DNA of 63,315 bases, counting the filler, from Malassezia furfur (taxonomy: Eukaryota), in assembly GCA_052055015.1 (NCBI GenBank). It is 53 parts of 53 records of this genome, joined end to end, with 100 filler letters (N's around TTAATTAATTAA, not from the genome) between each part and the next. Parts side by side here need not be neighbours in the genome. Positions count along the whole stretch, not along the records: positions 23,476 to 24,592 come from JBQJIT010001290.1; positions 24,693 to 25,806 come from JBQJIT010001291.1; positions 25,907 to 27,014 come from JBQJIT010001292.1; positions 27,115 to 28,220 come from JBQJIT010001293.1; positions 28,321 to 29,422 come from JBQJIT010001294.1; positions 29,523 to 30,622 come from JBQJIT010001295.1; positions 30,723 to 31,820 come from JBQJIT010001296.1; positions 31,921 to 33,018 come from JBQJIT010001297.1; 45 more parts are not named here. One strand, 5' to 3'. The position numbers were made by a program, and so were the translations under genes. The notes under the pieces are model-generated. The model worked only from the letters and a program-made list of their open reading frames with translations. It did no database searches and was not told where the DNA came from. Below, piece after piece: positions 23,476 through 35,512 of this stretch. The stretch's first letter is position 1, and the number at the start of each line of letters is the position of its first letter.

Positions 23476-24457
23476 GGTGCCGAGCGGCGATGGTCCGTCG
23501 GCGCGCGGCGACTCGCCCGGGCTCAGCGCGGTGGCGGCGGCCGTGGTCGGCCAGAGGCGCGACTTGTGGCCGTGGGGCCGGACGAGCGGCACGGCGGGCG
23601 ATGCGCCTGCATGTGTGGGCGTCGGTGGCCCGTATCCCGGCGTGGTGGATGCGGTGGCGCCGGTGGTGGCGGTGGGGTGCGTGCCTGGCGTCCAGGGCGC
23701 CATGCGTTCGTCGCCGAACTCGAACTGCGCCTTGCCGCGGCACACGCACAGCGATGGGTCCGGACAGAAGCCGCAGTCGAAGCCGATCTCGTCGGCGGAG
23801 CCGGGGGAGCCGGTGTCGCGCAGCGTGTTGGTGAGCTGCGACAGTGTATGGGTCGGCGTGGGCGCCGAGGCATGCGCGCCCGGCGCGCTGGGCCTGCGTC
23901 CGGCGTAGGCGCCCGGCGTTGCGCCCAGGTGTGCGGCATCGCGCGCGGGGCTCGCGCCCACCTCGTGTTTCGGCGGCAGGCACCCGCTGGGCGAGCGCGC
24001 ATCGGTGCGTGGCGTGGAGGCGGCGAGCGCCTTGAGCTGCTGCTCGAGCTGCTCGCAGTGCGCCATCAGCGCCTCGTTTTTTTGGCGGAGCATGGTGGCC
24101 TCTTCGCGGCACTGGAGAGCGATGCGCTGCATCTGCACGTTGGCATCGATCTCGCGCGCCTCGTAGCGCGCCACTTTCTCCTCCAGTTCCGTGAGATACG
24201 CGTGCCGCCGCTCGCGAAAGGCGCGCTGCGACGCGCGGTTCTGTGCCTTGCGTTTCTGGGTGAGCGTGCGCGAGACGTACGGTGAGCGGAACTTCCGCGG
24301 CGGGCTTGCGCCCCGGCTTGCCCCGCGCGGGCAGCACCCACTCCTTGCTGGGCTGCACGATATCGTCGGCGGGCGGCGAGGAGGCAGGCAGCGCGGCCTG
24401 CACAGGCGACGGCGCGACGGGCATGGAGCTGCGCATGTCCATCATTGCCAAAGACAT
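23476..24457 (-). CDS. hapX: Iron-responsive bZIP factor HapX; intron 24256-24280
   Basis: Hap4-like SKEWVLPARGKPGRKP, bZIP KRKAQNRASQRAFRER, Cys-rich CGFC..CVC. Confidence 0.88.
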
Positions 24458-25170
24458 GCCCCAGTGCACACGTCGTCGTGCACGCTCCGAATCCCTGTGC
24501 TGTGTGCGGTGGACCGGATCGAGGCCGCGCCGCCGTCCCCCGTGCGAGGCCGGCCGTGGCGTGCTTCGCCGCGCTAATCTGATTATGCAGCCNNNNNNNN
24601 NNNNNNNNNNNNNNNNNNNNNNNNNNNNNNNNNNNNTTAATTAATTAANNNNNNNNNNNNNNNNNNNNNNNNNNNNNNNNNNNNNNNNNNNNCGCCCGCG
24701 GCCGACGCGCCGGGCGGCGCGGGCCGTGGCGAGGTGGGTGGTGACATGCCCCGGCCGTGGTCAGTGCGGTGCAAAAAGCTCGCAGGTGCTCACGGAGGGC
24801 AGAGGCAAGAAGGCGCGCCACTAATGACGATCGCCCGCTCGAAAATGAAATCGCCGCGCGGTCAAGTGGGGCTGGCGAACGGCGTGGCGGCGTGGACGAA
24901 GCTTAACGTAATGCCAAGTGCGCAGACTAGGGCCGCGCGGGTGGGCCTGGTGTGCCCCAGCGCCCGCCAATCACCCTGCGCAGTGGCGGGACCCTGCGCG
25001 CGGCCGACGTCCGGCCACGTGGTCCCGCGCCTTGGCACCCGTGTGAGTGGCGCGGGCTGCGCGCGCGCACCCGTGCGCGGCCCAATGTGCGTGTGCGTAC
25101 GTGTGACCCTAGTGCCCCCCCACACCGGCCGCGCGTGACGCACGCGGCGGCGATTTGCTGGGTCGAGCGA

Positions 25171-25806
25171 CTACGAAACGAACAATTTGCGGCAGGCCGC
25201 CAACGGAAACCGCGCACCCGTGCGCGGGCATGTGACAGTCGCGCGATCGACGCTGTCCGCTGCAAGCTGCTGTAAGGCCTGCGTGAGCAGGAACGACGTA
25301 CCGCCTCGGAGTACACGCGGCCGTTGGGCAGGCACAGCGGCGGGTTGGTGTCGTCCATCTGGCGGCCGGTGATGCGGCACACGAGCCGCGACTGGCCCTG
25401 GTGGCTGAACGGCACCTCGCGCGCAAGCGTGCCGAGCCCGCGCGCGTAGCACACGGGGCAGTCGGGGTGCCGGTCGTCGGTGTGCGACGGGCAGTCCGGC
25501 TCCAGGCTGTCCGCGAGGAACAGCGACGAGCCCGCCGAGGGCAGGCCGCTCGTAGGCACCATAGCTACGTCCTTGCCCGGCGCCGAGCCGCACGCATGCG
25601 TCTTGAGCGCCGACAGTCCCGCACTCAGCGCGACGTACAGGAGCGGCGTGGGGGGCAGATCGTACACCTGCAGCGCAATCGCCCGGAACGCGTCGCGCAG
25701 CCGCTGCCACCGCTGCGGGTCGTACAGGTCGCGGTACTGCCACGACGCCGGCGGCGCAGCCAGCAGGCCCATCGCGCGCGACACCAGCGGGCGCGCGGCC
25801 GGCGGC
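25171..25806 (-). CDS. FYV10: GID complex subunit Fyv10/MAEA, 3' part; intron 25279-25301
   Basis: LSAGLSALKT..CPVC..VPFSH..PLCLPNGRVYS..VTCPRTG..KLFVS*. Confidence 0.88.
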   Translation of the reverse strand, partial: AAGRAPAGVARDGPAGCAAGVVAVPRPVRPAAVAAAARRVPGDCAAGVRSAPHAAPVRRAECGTVGAQDACVRLGAGQGRSYGAYERPALGGLVAVPRGQPGAGLPVAHRRPAPRLPRVLRARARHACARGAVQPPGPVAARVPHHRPPDGRHQPAAVPAQRPRVLRGGTSFLLTQALQQLAADSVDRATVTCPRTGARFPLAACRKLFVS

Positions 25807-25906
25807 NNNNNNNNNNNNNNNNNNNNNNNNNNNNNNNNNNNNNNNNNNNNTTAATTAATTAANNNNNNNNNNNNNNNNNNNNNNNNNNNNNNNNNNNNNN
25901 NNNNNN

Positions 25907-27014
25907 GACGCCAAGGCCGACGCGCCCTGGGCGCCGCTCCCCGCGCGCGCGCGCTCGTTTGGCGTCGTCGCGCGCCACCCGCGCCTGCGCCACATCCCGC
26001 AGCCCGTGCAGCGCATGCTCTTCCAGCTCGCGCACCCCACGTTCGGGCGGCTCGTCGAGATCGCCACCACGCCGCTGGTCGTGCTCATCTTCTTCCAGTG
26101 GGCACACGCCACGGGGTGGCCCTCGCACGTCGCCGCCGCGTTCACGTTTGCGGCGCTCATCGCGGCATGGGTCACGATGCTCGCGCCCATGTTTGTGCAC
26201 GTCGCCCGCACGCGCGACGCACGCACGCTCTACTACACGCACGACGTCTCGCCGTACGACGAGCACGCGCCCGCGGCCAAGTACGGCGCGCTCGCGCACC
26301 CCTACCGCCCGCGGTACTACTGGTTCGGCACGGTGCACCTCGTGTGTGCGTTCCTGCGCGCGTGCTTCGTCGCCTTCCCGCAGCGCAGCAACCTCGCGAT
26401 GCGGCAGGGCGTCGGCCTGCTCGTCATCGACGTGCTCCTCTTTCTCGCGCTCGTGCTGCTCCGCCCGGGGCGCGACCGGTGGGGCGACTTTGTGCAGTAC
26501 ATGCTCGCGCTCTTCCGCATCGTTGGCTGGGCGCTCTGCATCGCACTCACGACGCAGGCCAACTTGTGGGGCATCCCGCGCGCGGTGCTCGGCTTTGTGC
26601 TGATGGCCGTCACCGCCATCGCGATCGTGTTTGTGTTTGCGGTGTTTGTGTGGGAGGTGGCGCTCTCGCTCATCTCGCGCAACCAGCGGTGGTCGCGCCG
26701 GTTTGGCGCGCTGATGGCGCCGCAGTCGATCGCCGGCGGGGGGCCGCCCATGGAGTTTTACCCTGTGCCGGACGCGGACGCCGACACCGAGGCCAAGGCG
26801 GGCCCCGACGCGAAGCGCCCCGACGCCCCGCCCGACGCGCCGGACGGCCTCGGCACCGACCCGCCACCGGGCCCTGCGAGCCTCGGCACCGACCCGCCGC
26901 CGGGCTCCGTCGGCCTCGGCACCGACCCGCTCTGGGGCCCTGCCAGCTTCGGCACCGGCCCGGCCCCGGGTCCTGCCAGCCTCGGTACCGACCCGCTCTG
27001 GCGCCCTGCCACCC
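25907..27014 (+). CDS. TRP-like flavin carrier (Flc/Pkd2 family), fragment
   Basis: Multiple TM segments, KYGAL..PYRPRYYWF. Confidence 0.75.
26846..27010 (+). repeat. 33-bp coding tandem repeat x5 (LGTDPPPGPAS-like)
   Basis: Five degenerate 11-aa units. Confidence 0.85.
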
Positions 27015-27459
27015 NNNNNNNNNNNNNNNNNNNNNNNNNNNNNNNNNNNNNNNNNNNNTTAATTAATTAANNNNNNNNNNNNNNNNNNNNNNNNNNNNNN
27101 NNNNNNNNNNNNNNGGACGTGACGAAACGGTTTGCGCATGCGCGTCTCTTCCCTTTTTTCTCGTTGCCTACGCTCATGGCATAGGCATCTTTTTTCCCCT
27201 TAAAAATTCCGCGCATGGGCAAAGCGGCCGTTCCCTGCTCTTGTCCCTTTGGTGATTAGCCTCTATACTACCGAAACTTGCTATGTCAAACTAGTGCGCT
27301 CCGCACGCGGCTCGCCTGAAGTGCAGTGCCGCGTTCCTCCGTAGCCACGTGCGGTCTGGGTGACGGTCGGCTGCCACCGCCCGCCACCGCCGTGTTTCGT
27401 GTACCTCCACACGACTAAGCCGCGCGCTTTTTGGCACCTACGCTTGGTTGCTCGCCAAC

Positions 27460-28220
27460 ATGTTTCGCCTCGGTCGCACCGCACTCGGTCTGCACGCATT
27501 TGCAGCGCCGCGCATGCGTGTGTCCTGCACACCGCTCCGGTTCGCGCGGTTCGCTTCCACCGATGAGCTGAGCCGTGCGCGGCACCTGCAGCAGCAGCTT
27601 CGCGCACAGGATATTCGGAAGCGCAACCAGAGCATCGTGATGTACACGGCTTCCGGGGTACGTAACCACATAAAACTTACCATGCTAGTTTATCATTGTA
27701 CTTGGTCTGTGCTACGCGGCGGTCCCGTTGTATCGCGCTTTTTGCTCCGCAACAGGATACAGCGGTACGCCCATGACGGACCGTTCGCGCTTCTCAGACG
27801 AATCGCGCTTGCGCCCCTCGTACACGGATCCGTTTGACGAAGAGCGTAAAACGCAGCGGATTCGCGTAGCGTTCAACGCGAGTCACTCAGACCAGATTCC
27901 GTGGTCGTTTGTGCCGGAGCAGCGCGAGATTTACGTGCTCCCGGGCGAGACCGCACTGACCTTCTTCAAGGCGCACAACCCGACGAACCATGACATTATT
28001 GGGATTGCGACCTACAACGTCGTACCGGACCGCATTGCGCCTTACTTTGCCAAGATTGAATGCTTCTGCTTTGAGGAGCAGAAACTGCTCGCGGGCGAAG
28101 AAGTCGACCTGCCCGTTTTCTTCTTCCTCGACAAGGAGATGCTGGAGGACACCGACACACGCGATGTCAAGGACGTCATGCTCAGCTACACGTTTTTCAG
28201 CGCGCGGCGCAACCCGGTGA
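27460..28220 (+). CDS. COX11: Cytochrome c oxidase assembly protein Cox11; intron 27658-27688
   Basis: YAAVPLYRAFC..PGETALTF..YNVVP..YFAKIECFCFEEQ. Confidence 0.95.
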
Positions 28221-28320
28221 NNNNNNNNNNNNNNNNNNNNNNNNNNNNNNNNNNNNNNNNNNNNTTAATTAATTAANNNNNNNNNNNNNNNNNNNNNNNN
28301 NNNNNNNNNNNNNNNNNNNN

Positions 28321-29422
28321 TGATGCCCAAGGTAGGCAGCGGGGACGAGGCGTCGTACGCCGACCCCGACGAGTTTCACGATATCCGCGATAGCGGGACC
28401 GAAGATGGATGGGCCGACTTTGCTACAGACAGCGGGTCGCTGAGTCGCGAGGATGTGACGGAGGCGCAAGCGACCGTGCAGGAGGGTGCCGACCCGACGG
28501 CGACGCGCGACCCGACGGCGACGCCCGTGGCTTCTGCGCCTGAGCCCGAGGCGCCGGGCGATGCGACGCTGACAGCGGCGCCGGGCGACGAGTCTGGGCG
28601 GGAAGAAGCGGTGCAGGACGCGCCGCCGGCGGCCGACGAGCCCATGGAGGTGCGCCCCACCCAGGAGGCCGCCCCGCTTGGCGTGCGAGCCCAAGACGTG
28701 CCAAAAGAGGCCGAGGCCGGGTCAGAGGAGCTGGCCGCGCCGCTCTCGGCGGTATCGCTGGCCGAGACGACGGAGCAGGGCGTGTCATCCGAGGCGGCCG
28801 AGACGACGGAGCTGGGCGTGCCGTTTGAGGCGGCCGCCCTCGCCGCGTCTGCGGAACCTACGGCGCTCGCCGAGGCGGCCGAGTTGGCTGTGCCGGAGGC
28901 GACCTTGCGCACCGACCCTGCGGAGGCCGCGGGCCTCTCCGCCGACCCGTTGGCCGACACCGTTGACGCGGCCGACGAAACCTTTACTGCGGCGGCGCCC
29001 GAGTCGGGTGCGGCCCCGGTTGATGACGACTTTGACGACTTTGGCGATTTTGCCGAGCAGGACGACGACCTGGCAGCACCGGCCGATCCTACGGCGAGCG
29101 ATGCGCCGTCCTCGGCGTCCGCGTCGGTGCACGATTCCGCGCCGGCGTCTGCCGCGGCGTCGATGGCCTCGTTGCCGCTGCCAGCCGCCCAGCCGAGCGT
29201 CGATGTGCATGCGCCGCGCGAGGCGATCCGCGCGACGGTCGCCGAGCTGCTCCCCGACTTTGTGGATGCTGCGGCGCCGTCCTCGGCAGAGGCCGACTTG
29301 ACGCGCGAGCCGCTGCGCGAGATTGAAGGGCCTGCGCAGGTGCTTGTGAGCGACGTGAGCCGTACGTTCTTCCGCGAGCTGCAGACGCCCGTGCCGATCG
29401 CCAGCACGCCGCTGGACTGGAC
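28321..29422 (+). CDS. Acidic low-complexity protein with adaptin-ear-binding motifs (Laa2/DUF5102-like), fragment
   Basis: WADF and DDFDDFGDF motifs; QVLVS..SR.FFRELQ..PLDW. Confidence 0.5.
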
Positions 29423-29753
29423 NNNNNNNNNNNNNNNNNNNNNNNNNNNNNNNNNNNNNNNNNNNNTTAATTAATTAANNNNNNNNNNNNNNNNNNNNNN
29501 NNNNNNNNNNNNNNNNNNNNNNGCGTTGGGTGGAGGGTTACCAGTCGGCCGATGCAAACGCGTTTCGGCTCAGAGCAGACGCGTCTCGGTGGTAGTACCA
29601 AACAACGGCCGAGAGACTTAGGCCGAGTCGGGTGAGAAAACCCGACCGCCACCCCCCAAATAAAAACACACGTGGCGCGCCCCGCCCCGCCACGTAATAC
29701 ATCGGGCCAATCGGGGGCAGTGGGGGTGCTGCGTCCGCACGAACCGGTGCGGC

Positions 29754-30622
29754 CTACGACCTACGGAACCATCCAGAGAGCCACGAGCCACGCGTTTGTT
29801 GGCCAGCGACGGACGCCTCGGCCGCTTCTTCCTCTTCGAGGAGCTCGTTGCCGGGGTCGTATGCGCCAAATGGCACCTCGGGCGCCTTGGCAGGCGCCGA
29901 TGAAGCCTCGGCCGCAGGCGCAGGCGTTGACACTGCTTCGGTAGTCGCACGGGCCGCGGCGGCATCGTCGGCGGCACCGTTCTCCTGCTCCATAGGCACC
30001 TCCTCCGTACGCACCTGCTCGAGCACCAGCCGCAAATTTTCCGGATCGAAAGACACGTGGCGCTGGGCGTGGTGGTAGAGCGTCTGCCCCGACTTGGACT
30101 CGGACCACGACACGGACGACGCACCGCCGCGCGACGCACGTACCGCGGCAGTTGCATCGGCACGCAGCACCGCAAGACGCTCGGCTTGCACACGCACCGC
30201 ATCGCTGTCAGTCAGCAGCTGCGGCGCAAACGCCGCGTCCTCGTCCTCGGCGCCTTCGGCGAGCTCGAGCGACTGCGACGCTTGGCGCAGGTACAGCTCA
30301 CCGCGCTGCACGAGCAGCAGCGCTTCGGCATACAGGCCATGCAAGTAGAATGCGCGGCCGAGGTGCGCAAGCAGCACCGCACTGTAGTAGAAGCGCTTGG
30401 CCTCCATCAGACTCGACACATCCGGCTCGCCTTCGACCATCTCGAGACCGCCGATCGCCAGCAGCGCACTGTCGATGCTCTCGAGCAGCTTGGCAATTCC
30501 GGGCACAATACGGATTGCACGGCGTTCCGACTTGGCCTCGGCCACCGCCTGTGCACGCTTTGCGCGCGTCGCACGCTGCCGTTGCGCGCGCGCACGCGTC
30601 CCGCTCCGGCCCGGCTTGCGCA
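29754..30622 (-). CDS. SRP68: Signal recognition particle subunit SRP68, 3' part
   Basis: KLLESI..EAKRFYY..YAEALLL..YLRQA..GSWLSGWFRRS*. Confidence 0.7.
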
Positions 30623-30722
30623 NNNNNNNNNNNNNNNNNNNNNNNNNNNNNNNNNNNNNNNNNNNNTTAATTAATTAANNNNNNNNNNNNNNNNNNNNNN
30701 NNNNNNNNNNNNNNNNNNNNNN

Positions 30723-31820
30723 GGCAGCGGGCGCTTGGGTGCCGCCGGCGGCGCACCGTCCGTGGCCTGCGCGGTGCGTGCGGCCACGTCCGCGACGGCC
30801 TGCTGCCCGAGCGCCTCGAGCTGGGTGAGGTCGCTGGCATCGGCCAAGCCCGACGCCATGTCGAGCGGCGCGACCACGCACGCGACAACGCGGTCCATGT
30901 ACGCCGCGAGCGCGAATGCCGGCGCCTGTGCGGCCACCTCGGCACGCAGCAGCGTGAGGCTGGACGTGGGCGGCATCGCGTCGAGCTGGTGCAGCGCCGC
31001 ACCGCCTAGGGTATACGTAGGGTCGTACGGCGGGGGCGCCGGCAGCTGCAGCTGCGCGGCCTCTGGCACACCACACGCCGCGCTCAGCTGCCGCAGCAGG
31101 AGGTTGGTGAGCGAGGTGAGCAGCGCAAAGCCGTAGGCAGCCGCGTGCAGATCGCGCGTCGTGTCGAGCAGGCGCGACAGGGCCAGCATGCTCGTGTGCC
31201 ACGCATCGACGAGCCGCGCGACGGGCACGTCGTCGGCCTCCCCGGCCTCGTTGGCGTCCGTGCGCCAGTCCAGGTACGGCACCAGCTGCGCCACCGCGTG
31301 CGCAAACGCGTCGTCCGCGTCGCACGCCGCATCGTCCAGCAGCAGCACGCGGATGTTGGCCCACGCGGCGCGGTCGAGCACCTTGAGCAGCGCATGCACC
31401 TGTGCGCGCATCCACGCGACGAGCAGCAGCCGCGTCACGGGCGCCGTGCCCGGGTGCGCTTGCACCGCCGCGAGCCGCGCGGCGTCCGCCGTGCCCTCGC
31501 TCGCACACACAAACAGCAGCAGCCCCGCATCGTCGTCGCGCGCCGTCGTAAGCGTGACGCGCGCGCCGGCGACGGACCACGCCGCCTCGCCGTGCTCGAG
31601 CGCGAGCTTGCGGCACACCCACTCGGCGGCGGCGCTCGGCGGCGGCGGCAGGCTCACACACACACGCCACACGGCGTGCGGCGGCGGCCAGTGTGCGTCG
31701 GCGAGGTCGGCGAGGTGCGCGCGCAATGCGTGCACAAACGTGCCGCGCCGCCACAGCCGCGCACGCCGCTCGGCCGCGCTGCGGAACGCGCGCCGCTGGT
31801 CGCCATCGGACGCGGGGCGC
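30723..31820 (-). CDS. Probable Sac3/GANP C-terminal region, fragment
   Basis: Long frame; RLWRRGTF..WRVCVSL..EWVCRKL recalled from basidiomycete Sac3. Confidence 0.45.
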
Positions 31821-31920
31821 NNNNNNNNNNNNNNNNNNNNNNNNNNNNNNNNNNNNNNNNNNNNTTAATTAATTAANNNNNNNNNNNNNNNNNNNNNNNN
31901 NNNNNNNNNNNNNNNNNNNN

Positions 31921-32345
31921 CCGCCCGGTGGGTGGCCGCCCGGCGGCGGCAGCGCACAGGCGCGGCGCGAGCCGCCGGCGAAGGAGGACTTGCGCGCGTT
32001 TGACCAGTCGCGCTTTGACCCGACGAGTCCTGCACAGTGGGAGCGCCTCGCGCAGATGTGGGCGAACACGTACCACTACGAGCCGACGGGTCCTGAGCTC
32101 ATGATGGCGCTGAGTACGTGGCTATGGAGTGCTAACAAGCAGTGTCTGGCATGCTGTCGAAGGAGGCGGATGCGCGGTGGACGGGGATGCCGACGATGCC
32201 TGGGATGGGCATGATGCCGGGGATGGGCATGATGCCCGGCATGACGATGCCCGGCATGTCGGCGGCGGCGCCCGGCCAGGCCACGTCGCCCCTGCATGGT
32301 GCGCGGTCGCCGCCCACGAGCGACCCGCGGCGTGGACGCAGCTAG
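31921..32345 (+). CDS. C-terminus of a protein with an MPGM-rich tail (possibly Seb1/Nrd1-like); intron 32114-32142
   Basis: FDPTSPAQWERLAQMW..PTGPELM; GTACGT..GCTAAC..CAG intron. Confidence 0.5.
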
Positions 32346-32537
32346 TGTGTTAGATACCCAATCCCTGGCCGGCGCGGCGTGCGCGCCGCGCGCCACACGT
32401 GACCTTCGTGCGTGTTTGGTGCGTGTTCCCCCGCGCGCGAGTGGAGGGGGCGCAGGGCCGGCCGCTTGGGCCCCGTGCTTTTTCGTGGCCGCGGCGTTGC
32501 GTGGTGCGCGGTTCGGGCGTGGTGACGGGCCGCGCGC

Positions 32538-33018
32538 ATGTCGATCGGCGCCTCGTCCGTGCGGCCGCGTAGCCAGACGGCGTCCGTGCGGCCGCGGTCC
32601 AAGTACATCCTGCTGTCCAGCCTGGAGCGGCGCACGTCGCTGCACGCCGACGACCTGCACCGCGTGCTTGCGTGGGCCGACGAGGCGCCCGGCGCGCCCG
32701 GCACGCCCGGCACGCCGCCGCCGTGCGGCCTCGACATAGACCGCCAGATGGAGCGCCGGCGGCGCGTCGCGCTCGAGCTGTACGAGTCCGAGAAGCGCTA
32801 CGTCGCGGGCCTCGGCGCGCTCGACTCGCTCTACTACACGCCGCTGCTCCGCGCGCTCGACCGCGACGCGATCGTGTCGCGCGGCACACTCAACCGCCTC
32901 TTCGCCAACTTTGTCGACATCCTGCAGCTGAGCCGCGAGCTGCTGTGCCGCTTCGAGGAGCGCGTCGGCGACCCGCGCGCGATCGTCGCCGCCGCCTCGC
33001 CCGGCGGCGCGGCGGCGA
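32538..33018 (+). CDS. RhoGEF (DH domain), N-terminal fragment
   Basis: RRRVALELYESEKRYVAGL..LFANFVDIL. Confidence 0.85.
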
Positions 33019-33150
33019 NNNNNNNNNNNNNNNNNNNNNNNNNNNNNNNNNNNNNNNNNNNNTTAATTAATTAANNNNNNNNNNNNNNNNNNNNNNNNNN
33101 NNNNNNNNNNNNNNNNNNAGGCGCACATGGCGCGGCATGCGAAGCACGCC

Positions 33151-34215
33151 GAGCTCGCGCGCACGACACGCAGGCCGCGCGCGACGCACGCACGCGCGAG
33201 GTTGTCTACGGCGACGTTGGTGTGCGCGGCGAGCAGCACGGGCTGCGGCACCGCAAAGTGCTGCTTGAGCAGCGCGACGGCCTGCACGAGCGTGCGCGTC
33301 TTGCCGGTGCCCGGCGGGCCCTGCACGAGGCTGAGTGGCTCCTTGAGCATCATGGCCACCGCGCGCGTCTGGCTCGCGTTCAGGCCGAGCGCAGGGTCGC
33401 TGTCGAGCACGAGCGGCTCGGCCGCCGCATACCGCTCGTACCACGAGCGGATGCGCAGGTCGCGCGCAAAGAGCCCCTCGGCGGGCGCGGGCGCCGTGCC
33501 GACGAGCGCCGCACGCAGCGGCGTGCCGACGAGCGCGTACCGCCGGCGCGGCGTGCTGGCGCGCGCGACGTCGTCCGCGTCGTACAGCAGCGCGTCGAGC
33601 GCCGCGTCGGTGCGCTCGTCAACCACGCGGCTCGTCCCGCGGTCGAGGCGCCACGTAGGGATGCCGGCGAGGTCGATGTGCTCGTACGCCTCGGCGAAGC
33701 GCACGCGCAGCTGCGTCGGCGTGCAGTCCACGAGCTCGCCCGAGATGTACGGAATGCGGGGCGCGGCGGCGGCGTCCGACCCCGCCGCCTCGGCCGCATC
33801 CGACCCCGCCGCCTCGGCCGGGCGCGGCGCCGCAAGCTGGTCCACGAGCGCGAGCGTGCGGTGCGGCACCGCCTCCTTCGCCACGAGCCAGTCGGCGCGC
33901 GCGTCGCTCGGGCGCACATCCACCACCGCGCCGGGCTGCAGCTTGTGCCGCGGCAGGCGGCGCGCAGCAGGTAGCTTAAACACCGCGACACGGCGGCCAT
34001 AGTGCCGCTCGGTCTGCCAGTACGCCTCGAGCCCGTCGAACGCGACGCCGAGCGCCGTCAGCTCCGCGACGGGCCGCGCACGCAGCGCCGCGAGCTCCGC
34101 CTCGGTGTGCTCGCGCTCGAACGTGAGCGCCGTGCGCCACCGCTGCTGGTAGCGCCGCACCGCGACGGCGAGCGCCGCGTCGGTGCCGGCGTCGGCGTCG
34201 GCCTGCGCGCCCCGC
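33151..34215 (-). CDS. SF1 Upf1/DNA2-NAM7-like helicase, fragment
   Basis: LNASQ..LVQGPPGTGKT..AHTNVAVDNL. Confidence 0.9.
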
Positions 34216-34315
34216 NNNNNNNNNNNNNNNNNNNNNNNNNNNNNNNNNNNNNNNNNNNNTTAATTAATTAANNNNNNNNNNNNNNNNNNNNNNNNNNNNN
34301 NNNNNNNNNNNNNNN

Positions 34316-35412
34316 CGGTGGCCCGCGCGCCCGGCGCCAAGCCGGGCGACGTCGTGCGGGTGACGCGCGCCTCGCCACGTACCGACACAACCGCGTTTGA
34401 TACGTATTTTTCGCCGCCGGCGCGCAACACCGCGGGGCGTTCGCGCGGCGGGCCGCGCGACGCCATCGTCGAGGACGCACTGAAGCACTTTGACGCCATG
34501 GCACTCGCCGAGACCGCCGACGTCGTCGACGACGACGAGGAGGAGGAGAACGACCAGCTGCTCTCCCCGCCGCTCACAGCGCCGCTCTCTGTGCCGGACA
34601 CGGAGCGCAGCGGCTCGCTGCCTGTGCTGCAGCAGGCCGTGTACGCCCAGTTTGCGAGCGCTAATGTCGACGACCACACGTGCGTCGGCGCCCCGCGCGC
34701 CGTGTTTGTCGCCGTGGCGCACGACGAGGACAGCACACTGACCTACACGTTGTTTCACGGCGCGCGTCACGCCGACAATGCCGTCGTGCAACTCACGCGG
34801 GCGCAGCTCACCCAGGCCGTGCGGCGGCGCACGCCGTTTTCCGACGAGGCACTCTACCGCCGCGCCGAGCTGATGGCCGTGTGTGCGGCGCTGCGCCAGA
34901 TTGTTGTGCAGCCGCTGCGCCGGCAGTGTGTGCACGTGTGTGTGAGCAGTCCCTACATCGCCAAGGCGTGGGGCGTTTGGATCCCCGACTGGGAGACGAA
35001 CGGCTGGCCGGGCGACAGCGACGCAGACAGCTCGCTCGGCGGCGGGAGCGGTAGCAGCCAGCAAACGCCGCTGCGCACCAACTCGCAGAGCTCCAGCGTG
35101 CGCACGCCCAACTCGTCGCTCGCCGACTCGGAGCTGCGCGCATCCGCCGCACCGCTCACCGCCGAGCTGCTGCGCACGCCGGTGCGCTCCTCGCACGCAC
35201 GCCGCACGCGGCTCGCGAGCGAAGGCGACTCGCTCCGCTCCTCGTTCGATGGCCCCGTGACGCCCTCGAGCGGTACGGGCGACTCGCCGGCCGCGCGGCC
35301 CAGGCCGACGCGCCGCCTCGTTGACGAGGACCTTTTGCGCGAGCTGGCCCTGCTCCGTGCGCAGCTCGCGGCCGCCGACGCGCGCGGCGGCGCCTGTGTG
35401 CACCTGTACCTG
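34316..35412 (+). CDS. Degenerate RNase H-fold protein, copy B
   Basis: Collinear with 13681-14797. Confidence 0.65.
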
Positions 35413-35512
35413 NNNNNNNNNNNNNNNNNNNNNNNNNNNNNNNNNNNNNNNNNNNNTTAATTAATTAANNNNNNNNNNNNNNNNNNNNNNNNNNNNNNNN
35501 NNNNNNNNNNNN

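Noticed and set aside
12449..24592. NRPS, bioF and HapX as a gene cluster
   Set aside because: They are on separate contigs whose order reflects length only
33776..33820. 24-bp duplication (AEAAGSDA x2) in the helicase
   Set aside because: Ordinary in-frame slippage in a loop
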